Shown: one piece after another, positions 1-9,899 of the stretch
How positions within the stretch are numbered: position 1 is the first letter of the stretch
Layout: each line of letters opens with the position of its first letter
From: an uncultured Acidobacteriota bacterium
Lineage (GTDB): Bacteria > Acidobacteriota > UBA6911
DNA length: 64,000 bases
Reading direction: 5' to 3'
Assembly (NCBI GenBank): GCA_963839475.1
Contig: CAWIVH010000001.1
Location: 844,627 to 908,626 of the forward strand
Program-made: the position numbers and the translations under genes
The notes under the pieces: generated by a model
Told to the model about the DNA's origin: nothing
What the model saw: the letters and a program-made list of their open reading frames with translations, nothing else
The model's database searches: none

Positions 1-410
1 AAAGCCATGATGAACGCCGGCCGATGATTCGAGGGCCTGATCATTGGAGCACCTGTGCTCATATCCAGCCGACTATACTGCAAAAGGACCTTTTGTTTAA
101 CCGCCAACCTTCTCAAAAACCGTGGCACCGCCGCGGCAAGGCAGGCCGGCACCTTCTTCGTTTTGGGGGGCGCCATTGGCGGTAAATTGCGGGACATGCG
201 GGAGCGCACCCTTGCCTCCCAGAGCCACGATGTTCCCGGGCATGCTTCCGCATGCTCATACTCCACATCAGTTTTGGGATTGGCCGCAACCCGAGACGGC
301 GTTGTGGTCTCCGTGGCTTTCGCTGCGAGAATTTTTTGAAGCATGGCGGGAACAATGATAGGATCGCTCTCTTTGGCGCAGCTAATATTATCTTCGGTAT
401 CTTAGAACCT

Positions 411-1439
411 ATGCCAGAATTAAGACATGATCCGATCCAGAAACGATGGGTGATTATTGCCTCTGAGAGGGGACGCCGGCCGGACGACTTTCTCATCAAA
501 AACGAGCCTCATCCCGAAGGGTTTTGCCCCTTCTGTGAAGGCAACGAAAGCAAGACGCCGCCGGAGATCACCGCATTCCGCACAAATTTCAGCTATCCGA
601 ACCAGCCCGGCTGGCAGGTGCGGGTGGTGCCGAACAAGTTCCCGGCCCTGAGGATCGAAGGGAATCTCGACCGCAAAGGGATCGGGATGTATGACAAGAT
701 GAACGGTGTCGGCGCCCATGAGGTCATCATTGAAACGCCTCAGCATGATCTCGACCTGGCTGATGCGCCTATCGATCACATTAAAAGAGTCCTCACCATG
801 TATCGGGAGAGGCTCGTGGATTTGCTGCGCGATTACCGGTTCAAGTACATCCTGATCTTCCGAAACCACGGCGCGGCAGCCGGCGCCTCCCTGTCTCATC
901 CACACACGCAGATCATAGCCACACCCGTGACACCCCTGACGCTTTCCGAGGAGCTCATTTCAGCGAAAGAGCATTATCAAAACAAGGAGCGCTGCCTTTT
1001 CTGCGACGTGATCCAGCAGGAAATCGATTCGGGCGAGCGGATCGTCATGGCAAACGATCATTTTGTGGCCCTGGCCCCATTCGCCTCGCGCTTTCCTTTC
1101 GAGCTGTTCCTGGCGCCGAGAAATCACCATCACAGTTTCGCCGAAATCGGCGACGACATGATCCACCACCTGGCGGTGATTCTCAAAGAGGTCCTTCTGC
1201 GCAGCAAAAAGTGCCTGAACGATCCCCCGTACAATTTTATCATCCACACGATTCCCAACGTTAAGGCCCGTTCCAGAAGGAGGGATTACTGGGACACCAT
1301 TGAAGTGGATTTCCACTGGCATATCGAGTTGATGCCGCGGCTGACGCGCATTGCGGGCTTCGAATGGGGCACCGGTTTCTATATTAATCCGACAGCTCCG
1401 GAGGAAGCAGCCAAATACCTCCGTGAGGTCGAGCTCTAA
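411..1439 (+). CDS. Galactose-1-phosphate uridylyltransferase (GalT/HIT-like) family protein; possibly an ADP-glucose- or UDP-hexose-type nucleotidyl phosphorylase
   Basis: The ORF at 252-1439 was trimmed to the Met at 411 (MPELRHDPIQKRWVII). It has a GalT-like zinc motif FCPFCEGNE and the HIT-like nucleotidyl-transfer motif SLSHPHTQI. The stop at 1437-1439 is followed by AAGGGGG and the glgA ATG at 1450. Confidence 0.75.
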   Translation: MPELRHDPIQKRWVIIASERGRRPDDFLIKNEPHPEGFCPFCEGNESKTPPEITAFRTNFSYPNQPGWQVRVVPNKFPALRIEGNLDRKGIGMYDKMNGVGAHEVIIETPQHDLDLADAPIDHIKRVLTMYRERLVDLLRDYRFKYILIFRNHGAAAGASLSHPHTQIIATPVTPLTLSEELISAKEHYQNKERCLFCDVIQQEIDSGERIVMANDHFVALAPFASRFPFELFLAPRNHHHSFAEIGDDMIHHLAVILKEVLLRSKKCLNDPPYNFIIHTIPNVKARSRRRDYWDTIEVDFHWHIELMPRLTRIAGFEWGTGFYINPTAPEEAAKYLREVEL

Positions 1440-1449
1440 AGGGGGATGC

Positions 1450-2955
1450 ATGGGACAGAAACCCTGGACCATTGCAATGCTCGCCGCGGAATCGGTCCCC
1501 TATGCCAAGGTGGGAGGCTTGGGCGATGTGGTTGGAGCCCTTCCTCAATACCTGGAAAAACTCGGGGCGCACCCGATCATCATCATCCCCGCCTATCGCG
1601 ATATTCATCACGAAAACCACGGCATCGTGCCCTATTCCGCAATCCCTTGGCTGGACGTGCAGTTCGGCCCGGGTCAGATCCGGGCCGAGATTTTCCATAC
1701 CCGGATGAAGGGCACCAGCATAGAGGTTTACCTCGTGGGATGTCCGCAGTTTTTCTATCGCCACGGAATCTATGACGATCCAATGTCGGGGGAAGGCTTC
1801 CACGATAATATGGAGCGGTACTTTTTTTTCGTGAAGGCCTCGCTCGAATTCTTGAAGCGCAACGGCCAGCCGATCGACATTATCCACTGTCATGATTCCC
1901 ACACAGCCCTTGCCCCCGGGCTTCTGCGCGCGAATCTGGATCACGATCCTTTTTTTTCCCGTACCGGCAGCCTCTATACCATTCACAATCTGGCCTACCA
2001 GGGGATCTATCCCAGAGAGGCGCTTTCACTGGCCGGAGTCGATTACCGGTTTCACTACCCGGCTTCGCCTTTCGAATTCTGGGGCAAACTCAACATGATG
2101 AAAGTCGGGATAGAATGCGCTGACCTGGTGAACACGGTCAGTGAAACCTATGCCCATGAAATTCAGTCGTCCCCCGAGTACGGATATGGCTTGGAAGGTG
2201 TGCTGCGCGGTCGAAGCCAGGAGCTTTTCGGCATCGTCAACGGCATCGACTACAAGGAGTGGAGCCCGTCCATCGATCCGCTGATTCCCGCCCGTTACTC
2301 GGCCCGCAACCTTGCAGGCAAGGCCAAATGCAAGTCGGAGGTCTTGAAGCAATTCGGATTCCGCCATGCCGAGGACGGACTGCCCCTGATCGGGATGGTC
2401 TCAAGACTCGCGGACCAGAAAGGATTCGACCTCGTCGCGGACGCGATGAAGGATATTGCCCACCTGCCGCTGCGGCTGATGGTGCTCGGACAGGGGCAGC
2501 AGCGATATCAGGACCTCCTCCGGCATTTTGCGCATCGTCACCCTCACAGGATTGCCGTCAAGATTGGGTTCGATAACCGTCTGGCGCACGAGATCTACGC
2601 AGGCTCCGACATGTTCCTGATGCCCTCGCGCTTTGAGCCCTGTGGCCTGAACCAGCTGATCAGCCTGCGCTACGGTACTGTTCCTGTCGTTCGTTCGACG
2701 GGGGGGCTTGTCGACACCGTCGAGGACTACAGCGAGACCACAGGGGCGGGAACCGGCTTCCGTTTCCAGCATTATTCATCCTGGGACATGGTCAATGCCC
2801 TGCGTCGCGCCCTCGTCCTGTTCGACGACCGGCCGAGATGGCTGGAACTGATGCGCCAGGCTATGGAGCGGAACTGGTCCTGGGAAGAATCTGCCCGGCG
2901 GTACATGAACCTGTACGAAAGAATCTTTCATAAAAAGAATCCCGACTGGGATTAG
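1450..2955 (+). CDS. glgA: Glycogen (starch) synthase, ADP-glucose type
   Basis: The N-terminus MGQKPWTIAMLAAESVPYAKVGGLGDVVGALP carries the classic K-x-GGL-GDV motif, and the C-terminal half is GT-B-like (MPSRFEPCGLNQL). An AAGGGGG SD lies 6 nt upstream of the ATG. Confidence 0.9.
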   Translation: MGQKPWTIAMLAAESVPYAKVGGLGDVVGALPQYLEKLGAHPIIIIPAYRDIHHENHGIVPYSAIPWLDVQFGPGQIRAEIFHTRMKGTSIEVYLVGCPQFFYRHGIYDDPMSGEGFHDNMERYFFFVKASLEFLKRNGQPIDIIHCHDSHTALAPGLLRANLDHDPFFSRTGSLYTIHNLAYQGIYPREALSLAGVDYRFHYPASPFEFWGKLNMMKVGIECADLVNTVSETYAHEIQSSPEYGYGLEGVLRGRSQELFGIVNGIDYKEWSPSIDPLIPARYSARNLAGKAKCKSEVLKQFGFRHAEDGLPLIGMVSRLADQKGFDLVADAMKDIAHLPLRLMVLGQGQQRYQDLLRHFAHRHPHRIAVKIGFDNRLAHEIYAGSDMFLMPSRFEPCGLNQLISLRYGTVPVVRSTGGLVDTVEDYSETTGAGTGFRFQHYSSWDMVNALRRALVLFDDRPRWLELMRQAMERNWSWEESARRYMNLYERIFHKKNPDWD

Positions 2956-2966
2956 CCAGGAGCCTT

Positions 2967-4385
2967 ATGGCCTTCCGGCATTCGCATGAAAGATCTGGCG
3001 AAGAAAACTCGCGTGAGCGGAGAATTGCCGACCTGACTATCCTCAGCGTGGTCAGCCGCGCGCTGCAGGAATGCCGTGAGGAAACCGACGCGCTCCGGAT
3101 CATTCTTACCGGATTGACCCACGGGCGTGGGTTGGGATTCACCCGGGCTTTCGTCCTGCTGATCGATCCCCGAAATGAAATCCTCGAAGGACGCCTTGCA
3201 GTCGGACCATCCACCTTGGAAGAAGCCAGGAACAAATGGCAGGAAATGAGGCGGAAGCATCAAACCCTCGAGGAAATCCTGTCTGAGATCCCGGGAAAAA
3301 CTCATGGCGACATAGGCGCACAGGACGTGGCAGAGCGCATCCGCCTCCCTCTCTCCAGCCGGAACGAGGGCCTCATCCGCATCCTGGATTCTCGGCGGGG
3401 CTGTCTGGCGGTCGGAGGCATTTTCCAGCCCCTCGGGCTCCAGCTCGACCCATGGATCGAAGAAACCTTCGGACCGGACCACTTTGCACTCGCTCCTATT
3501 CACAACGCAGGCCGGGTTTTGGGCATGCTGATCGCCGACAACTCGGTTACCCGGCAAGCCATCGCTGCCGAGGCCTTGAATCTGCTCCAAATCTATGCGC
3601 AGGCGGCAGGAGCCGCAATCCAGAACATCCGCTACTGCCGTGAACTCGTTGAGAAAATCGCCGAGGGGGAAGACGCCAACCGCAAGCTGAAAGATAGCCA
3701 ACAGCACCTCCTCCAGGCAGAAAGGCTGGCTACTATCGGGAAAATGGCCGCACTGCTGGCACATGAGATCCGCACACCGCTGGTGTCCATAGGCGGCTTT
3801 GCACGGCGCATTCTCAAGCGGACAACGGACGAAGACCCCAGAAAAGAAGAAATGCAGATCATTGTTTCACAGGTATCTCACCTCGAGCGCATGGTGGAGG
3901 AAGTGCTCGGCTTCACGCGCATCTCCAAACCGGATTTCGAATCGGTCGACATCAACGAACTCATTCGCAGCGTAGTCCTGGCCATGAGCGATATGATGGA
4001 TCAGAACCCTATCCGGATGGTTCTCGAACTGCAGCCTGATCTCCCCCGGGCTCGTGTCGATCGCGTCCAAATTCGCCAAGTCCTCATGAATCTGATCGGG
4101 AACGCCGTCGAGGCCATGCCGGAAGGGGGGATCCTGACCATCACTTCGACCGGTGAGCGAGGCTACCTCGAAATCGGGGTGTTCGATACGGGCGCCGGAA
4201 TTGCACGGGAACACTGGGGTAAACTCTTCTCGCCATTTTTCACCACTAAACCTGCCGGAACAGGCCTGGGGTTGGCGGTCGTCTCGCAAATCATCGAAAA
4301 TCACGGGGGCTCGCTTGGATTTGAGAGTGACCCTGGCAAGGGAACCCGTTTCCATATCCGGCTGGCTTTCGAGCCGCGGCAGTAG
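2967..4385 (+). CDS. Cytoplasmic GAF-domain sensor histidine kinase
   Basis: It has an N-terminal GAF-like region, the H-box LLAHEIRTPL, the N-box VLMNLIGNAVEAM and the G-box GTGLGLAVV. No transmembrane segments are apparent. An AGGAG SD lies 4 nt upstream of the ATG. Confidence 0.85.
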   Translation: MAFRHSHERSGEENSRERRIADLTILSVVSRALQECREETDALRIILTGLTHGRGLGFTRAFVLLIDPRNEILEGRLAVGPSTLEEARNKWQEMRRKHQTLEEILSEIPGKTHGDIGAQDVAERIRLPLSSRNEGLIRILDSRRGCLAVGGIFQPLGLQLDPWIEETFGPDHFALAPIHNAGRVLGMLIADNSVTRQAIAAEALNLLQIYAQAAGAAIQNIRYCRELVEKIAEGEDANRKLKDSQQHLLQAERLATIGKMAALLAHEIRTPLVSIGGFARRILKRTTDEDPRKEEMQIIVSQVSHLERMVEEVLGFTRISKPDFESVDINELIRSVVLAMSDMMDQNPIRMVLELQPDLPRARVDRVQIRQVLMNLIGNAVEAMPEGGILTITSTGERGYLEIGVFDTGAGIAREHWGKLFSPFFTTKPAGTGLGLAVVSQIIENHGGSLGFESDPGKGTRFHIRLAFEPRQ

Positions 4386-4603
4386 GACGGTGTCCGCGAT
4401 GCATTCCAGGCGAGCCCACCAGCAGACGTTATCGTAATTGCGAATATGAGTACTTAGTGCCTCTTGCAATGAAGGGTGGTTTAGGCGGACAATTGTTCAA
4501 GCAAGGGATCACCGCAGATATTCGCCGATTCTCGGGACGAATTGTCGAATACAGATGGAACGGAATCCGTGATTTCTCGTACCAACTGTCGGGGGGTGAT
4601 GTC

Positions 4604-4981
4604 ATGTCAACCATCCTCATTGCGGACGACGACAGGAATTTGCGCCGTCTTTACAAGGAAGAACTCGAAGCGGAAGGTTATCGCACTCTTTTGGCCGTCA
4701 ACGGTATTCAAGCTCTCGAAATGGCCGAAAATGAGAAGCCCGATCTGGTAGTCATGGATATCCGGATGCCGGAAATGGACGGGCTGGAAGCGATGACACG
4801 AATACTGCACGACCGCGGAAGCATCCCGGTGATTCTAAATACGGCTTACTCCAGCTATCAGGAAAGTTTTCTGACCTGGGCCGCCGACGGTTACGTCATT
4901 AAGTCTTCGGACCTTGATCCGTTGAAAACCAAAATCCGGGAGGTCCTGCGAAATCGCGCCATGGCCTGCGCCGATTCTTGA
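4604..4981 (+). CDS. Single-domain response regulator (CheY-like receiver)
   Basis: MSTILIADDDRNLRRLYKEELEAEGYRTLLAVNG...DLVVMDIRMPEMDGLEAM is a receiver domain with acidic-pocket D residues and the phospho-accepting D in VVMDIRMP. The ORF was trimmed to the Met at 4604, which is preceded by a GGGGGTGA SD. Confidence 0.8.
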   Translation: MSTILIADDDRNLRRLYKEELEAEGYRTLLAVNGIQALEMAENEKPDLVVMDIRMPEMDGLEAMTRILHDRGSIPVILNTAYSSYQESFLTWAADGYVIKSSDLDPLKTKIREVLRNRAMACADS

Positions 4982-5035
4982 TCCCGTCCCGCCGGAATGT
5001 ATAGCTTTAAAAATCAAATCTAGAGAGGAGTTCGC

Positions 5036-6022
<987 letters not shown>

Positions 6023-6028
6023 AAAATC

Positions 6029-6066
6029 CTCCCGGGACAGGCGCTAGATCGCGCTTGTCCCGGGAG
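6029..6066. terminator. Bidirectional stem-loop between convergent genes (AKR + strand, zinc-ribbon gene - strand)
   Basis: CTCCCGGGACAGGCGC-tagatc-GCGCTTGTCCCGGGAG forms a 16-bp stem with one mismatch and a 6-nt loop. It is followed by CCTTTCTC on the + strand. Confidence 0.6.
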
Positions 6067-6072
6067 CCTTTC

Positions 6073-6393
6073 TCAATCAAACAGGTCGCCCAGCCAGGAT
6101 TTCCTTCTCTTATAGTGGTCCCGGCCATGGTGATCGTCGTGGCCATAATGTTCACCACGGTGCCCGTCGCCATAATAAGCATTGGGAGGATTTTCCCGGA
6201 TTCTGTCCGGGTAATGGGGCGGTACGGCCGGAGGAGGCGGCTGGACGGCATTCTCGTTCATTGACTTTTCGATGATTTTGTCCAGCTCTCCACGGTCCAG
6301 CCAGACACCTCGGCAAGCCGGGCAGTAATCGATTTCGACACCCTGACGTTCCGACATCAGAAGATCGATTTCCTTGCACACAGGACATTTCAT
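6073..6393 (-). CDS. zf-TFIIB-type zinc-ribbon protein with His-rich C-terminal tail
   Basis: MKCPVCKEIDLLMSERQGVEIDYCPACRGVWLDRGELDKI matches the PF13453-type Cys4 ribbon pattern (CPxC...CPxCxGxWLD). The C-terminus is His/Asp/Gly-rich (HRGEHYGHDDHHGRDHYKRRKSWLGDLFD). Confidence 0.7.
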   Translation of the reverse strand: MKCPVCKEIDLLMSERQGVEIDYCPACRGVWLDRGELDKIIEKSMNENAVQPPPPAVPPHYPDRIRENPPNAYYGDGHRGEHYGHDDHHGRDHYKRRKSWLGDLFD

Positions 6394-6531
6394 TCCCAGT
6401 TCCTTTCGAATTCAAAGAGACTCAAATCCAACGGACAGTCAGCGCCATCCCCACCACCAGGGAAGGGGAATGGCTCTTTGACACCATCCGATACATGCGG
6501 CTAAAGGGATTTCAAAACCGGAAGGTAGAAA

Positions 6532-6828
6532 TCAGATTCGGAAGACACAATGCAGAAGGAGCAACGAGGCCGACGCGGGAGTGAGAATCCTCGACTGGCG
6601 GGCCGCCCATGCGCGACCGTCTGTGGACAGGTCCGCTTCGCTGAAAGAGGGTACAGGATCCTTGCGGGCGGGAGCCAATCGGGCAGATTGAAATACCGCG
6701 TACTTTTCACACCCGGGGCAGCGTTCGGTTTCCTGGCCGGCTAAATCGGGACAGAGCCCCGCCTCCCCGCAAACTGCGAGAACGAAAAACACAAAGCCAA
6801 CGGCCAGCCGGCGTTTGATCATGTTCAA
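6532..6828 (-). CDS. Hypothetical small secreted Cys-containing protein
   Basis: MNMIKRRLAVGFVFFVLAVCG looks like a signal peptide and is followed by CPDLAGQETERCPGCEKY. There is no similarity I can assign, and it could be a spurious ORF. Confidence 0.25.
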   Translation of the reverse strand: MNMIKRRLAVGFVFFVLAVCGEAGLCPDLAGQETERCPGCEKYAVFQSARLAPARKDPVPSFSEADLSTDGRAWAARQSRILTPASASLLLLHCVFRI

Positions 6829-6926
6829 AGTATATCCAATCTCGATCCAAGAAACAAAAATGCCACCCCGGGCAGGGCCTTTGTCTTTAACAGTCGTAGT
6901 TCAGGCAGCTCTGAGGCCGAGGGATA

Positions 6927-8096
6927 TTATTTAAAGGCACTAAGTCCCGTAATGGCCTCACCCAGGATCAGCATGTGGATGTCGTGGGTGCCCTCGTAGG
7001 TTTTCACCGATTCCAGATTGCACATGTGTCGGATGACCGGAAATTCGAGACTGATCCCGTTGGCCCCCAGAATGTCTCGTGACAACCTGGCGGTCTCCAG
7101 TGCTATCGCCACGTTATTGCGCTTCGCCAGAGAGGTCTGGGTATGGTGCAGTTTCGCGGCATCTTTCAGCCTGCCCAGCTGAAGGGCGAGTAGCTGGCCC
7201 TTGGTGATTTCGGTCAGCATGTAAACCAGTTTCTCCTGGACCAGCTGGAAGCCTCCGATGGGGCGGCCGAACTGGACTCGGGTCTTGGCATACTCCACGG
7301 CCTGGTGATAGCAGGCCATGGCGGCGCCAAGCACTCCCCAGGCGATTCCGTAGCGCGCCTGGTTCAGGCACATCAGGGGCGACTTGAGCCCGCGTGTGCC
7401 CGGCAGCTCATTGGCCGCGGGGATCTCGCAGTCTTCAAACAGGAGCTGCGATGTAACCGAGGCGCGAAGGGACATTTTGTGCTTGATTTCGGGAGCTGAA
7501 AAACCGGGTGTTCCTTTTTCGACCAGGAATCCTTTGACCTCGTCTCCGGCCCTGGCCCAAACCACTGCCACGTCCGCAATGCTGCCGTTGGTGATCCAGG
7601 ATTTCGCCCCGTTCAGCAGCCACCGGTCCCCCTTTTTTTCAGCTCGGGTTATCATTCCCCCGGGGTCCGAGCCGTGATCCGGCTCGGTCAGGCCGAAGCA
7701 ACCGATCGCCTGGCCCGCAGCAAGTAGTGGAAGCCAGCGCTGCTTCTGATCTTCGGATCCGAAGGCAAACACGGGGTACATGACCAAAGCGCCCTGCACA
7801 GAAGCAAAGCTGCGCAGGCCGCTGTCACCCCGCTCCAGTTCCTGCATCACGAGCCCGTAAGCAACATTGTTCATCCCCGCGCAGCCGTACTCTTCCGGGA
7901 GGTTGGCTCCGAAAAGTCCCAGCCGCGCCATTTCGGGGATGAGCTCAGTCGGGAAGGTCGCCTCCTCAAAGTGGCGGGCGGCGGAAGGCAGAACCCGATC
8001 TTCCACAAACATGCGAACGGTATCGCGCACCATCCGTTCTTCTTCGGAGAGCAGCTCGTCCACCCGGTAGAAATCGACCCCTTTGAAGTCACTCAT
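6927..8096 (-). CDS. gcdH: Glutaryl-CoA dehydrogenase (acyl-CoA dehydrogenase family)
   Basis: GCFGLTEPDHGSDPGGMITRAEKKGDRWLLNGAKSWITNGSIADVAVVWAR closely parallels the GCDH active-site region. The full ACAD N-terminal, middle and C-terminal domains are present. Confidence 0.8.
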   Translation of the reverse strand: MSDFKGVDFYRVDELLSEEERMVRDTVRMFVEDRVLPSAARHFEEATFPTELIPEMARLGLFGANLPEEYGCAGMNNVAYGLVMQELERGDSGLRSFASVQGALVMYPVFAFGSEDQKQRWLPLLAAGQAIGCFGLTEPDHGSDPGGMITRAEKKGDRWLLNGAKSWITNGSIADVAVVWARAGDEVKGFLVEKGTPGFSAPEIKHKMSLRASVTSQLLFEDCEIPAANELPGTRGLKSPLMCLNQARYGIAWGVLGAAMACYHQAVEYAKTRVQFGRPIGGFQLVQEKLVYMLTEITKGQLLALQLGRLKDAAKLHHTQTSLAKRNNVAIALETARLSRDILGANGISLEFPVIRHMCNLESVKTYEGTHDIHMLILGEAITGLSAFK

Positions 8097-8139
8097 ATTC
8101 CTGCCCCTGCAAAAAAAGCTATCGAATGGCCGTCGTGAG

Positions 8140-8172
8140 CTTCACTTCCCGGCGGCCCACGCTGATATAATC
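8140..8172 (+). promoter_or_regulatory. Extended -10 sigma70-type promoter for the serine-hydrolase gene
   Basis: TGaTATAAT lies at 8163-8171, with an AT-rich upstream region. A GGGGGAG SD sits just before the start at 8205/8208. Confidence 0.4.
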
Positions 8173-8207
8173 GCACAGATGGAATTATCCAGAACAGGGG
8201 GAGACTC

Positions 8208-9455
8208 GTGATGATCTCGCACAAGGTTCAAAAATGGCTTCTCACCCCGGCGATTCTGATCCTCTTTGCCTTGGGCACCGCGGCCGAGCCCCCTGCCACC
8301 TCCCCACCCAAGACACCGGCCAGGAGTGCGCTCGATCCGCAGACGGTTCGGAACATCGACGCCGCGGTCGCGGCGGCTGTGGAGGCTAAAGAAGTTCCCG
8401 GCGCCGTTGTGCTGGTGGGGAAGGACGGGGCCGTTGTCTTCCAGAAAGCCTACGGCAACCGTTCACTCGTGCCGTCGCGCGAAACCATGACCCTGGATAC
8501 GATATTTGACATGGCTTCCCTGACCAAGGTCATGGCGACGGCACCCTGCGTCATGACCCTGGTCGATCGCGGGCTGATCCGCCTCGATGATAGGGTCAGG
8601 CGCTACCTCCCCGGTTTCAGCAGCGGAGGGCTCGAGGCGATTACAGTCCGGCAGCTGCTGACCCATTACTCCGGCCTGCGGCCCGATTTCGACTTATCGG
8701 TCCCTTGGGAGGGCTACGATTCCGCAATCCAGCTGCTTTTCAAGGAAACGACGCAAAGGGAACCTGGCAAAGAGTTCGTGTACAGCGACCTGAATTTTAT
8801 CGCGCTCGGCGAAATCGTTCGGGTCGTGAGCGGAAAAACGCTGGACCAGTATGCCGCCGAGACCATCTACCGGCCGCTGGGAATGAGTAGGACGACCTTC
8901 AATCCCCCTGCCGCATGGCGCGACCGCATGGCGCCGACCGAGTCGCGTCATCGGTCGATAGCCTATTTGAAGGGGAGCGGATCGGAGGCGCAAAGGGAGG
9001 GGGTCCTTCGGGGCGAGGTTCATGACCCGACGGCGTGGCGTATGGGTGGCGTCGCCGGCCATGCCGGCCTTTTCTCCACCGCTCGCGATGTGGCCACCTA
9101 TGCCTCGATGCTCCTGGCTGGAGGGCGGGGCGCCGGCGGCCGTCGAATTCTTTCCGCGCTCGCGGTTCAGGCTATGACTACGCCTCAGTCTCCGCGAAAT
9201 TCCATTTCCCTTCGCGGGCTGGGCTGGGATATCGAAACCAGCTATTCCTCACCGAGGGGGGATCTTTTCCCGGGCGGTTACGGTCATACCGGCTTTACCG
9301 GCACTTCGCTGTGGATCTGCTCGCCGGCGCGGTCATTTGTCGTGATTCTGAGCAATCGGGTTCACCCGGACGGCAAAGGCGACGCCACGCACTTGCGGGG
9401 AGTTATCGCAAACGTGGTCGCGTCAGCCGTGGGCAATTCCGTTTCAGGAAGGTAG
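8208..9455 (+). CDS. Secreted serine hydrolase of the beta-lactamase / penicillin-binding (class C-like) family
   Basis: It has a signal peptide (MMISHKVQKWLLTPAILILFALGTAA), the S-x-x-K active-site motif in FDMASLTKVMAT, and a YSD/YxN-like region. Confidence 0.8.
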   Translation: MMISHKVQKWLLTPAILILFALGTAAEPPATSPPKTPARSALDPQTVRNIDAAVAAAVEAKEVPGAVVLVGKDGAVVFQKAYGNRSLVPSRETMTLDTIFDMASLTKVMATAPCVMTLVDRGLIRLDDRVRRYLPGFSSGGLEAITVRQLLTHYSGLRPDFDLSVPWEGYDSAIQLLFKETTQREPGKEFVYSDLNFIALGEIVRVVSGKTLDQYAAETIYRPLGMSRTTFNPPAAWRDRMAPTESRHRSIAYLKGSGSEAQREGVLRGEVHDPTAWRMGGVAGHAGLFSTARDVATYASMLLAGGRGAGGRRILSALAVQAMTTPQSPRNSISLRGLGWDIETSYSSPRGDLFPGGYGHTGFTGTSLWICSPARSFVVILSNRVHPDGKGDATHLRGVIANVVASAVGNSVSGR

Positions 9456-9563
9456 CCCGGCACGGCTGATTCATGATTTGCGCAACCGTCGTCCGGAGAC
9501 TTCGCGGAACAGCCCGTGAAATTGATGAGGGCTCAACGCGTCAAGCGTGGCAAAATGGTAAGG

Positions 9564-9761
9564 CTATTTCGGATCGAAGGAGTAGCAGGCGCGCCGGAAG
9601 CGCAAAAAGGCGTGCGAGTGGTGATGGCAAGTGCCCCAGTTGCTCTGCACCTGCACAAACTGCTCTTCCGAAATGAAGAGCTTGCAGTCCGCGCAGATGT
9701 GCTGCTTTTCGTCGATTTTGTGATCGCAAGCTTCTTTGAAGCTCGAGAATTTGTTTTCCAT
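9564..9761 (-). CDS. Small Cys/His-rich putative metal-binding protein (65 aa)
   Basis: Trimmed to the Met at 9761, which has a GGGGGA SD 4 nt upstream. The protein reads MENKFSSFKEACDHKIDEKQHICADCKLF...WGTCHHHSHAF, with 5 Cys and 8 His. Confidence 0.4.
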   Translation of the reverse strand: MENKFSSFKEACDHKIDEKQHICADCKLFISEEQFVQVQSNWGTCHHHSHAFLRFRRACYSFDPK

Positions 9762-9899
9762 GAAATCCCCCAGTGCCGGCAGAGGCTTCATAATGCATGG
9801 CGCTGAGGGGACTGTCAATCGGCAGTTGGCGGAGTGCACCATTTCGCCGGTGATGGTGACCTGCGGTCAAAACCGGACTATGATTTCGAGGGCTTATCC

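Noticed and set aside
113-499. Minus-strand 128-aa ORF and plus ORFs at 55-358 in the first 400 bp
   Set aside because: The translations are Arg/Pro-rich with no motifs and overlap the start of the GalT gene. This is probably the upstream non-coding region or the very end of a gene ending near position 27.
9456-9563. Possible terminator hairpin ACGCGTCAAGCGT downstream of the beta-lactamase-family gene
   Set aside because: It has only a 4-bp stem and no following T-tract on either strand in the right order.
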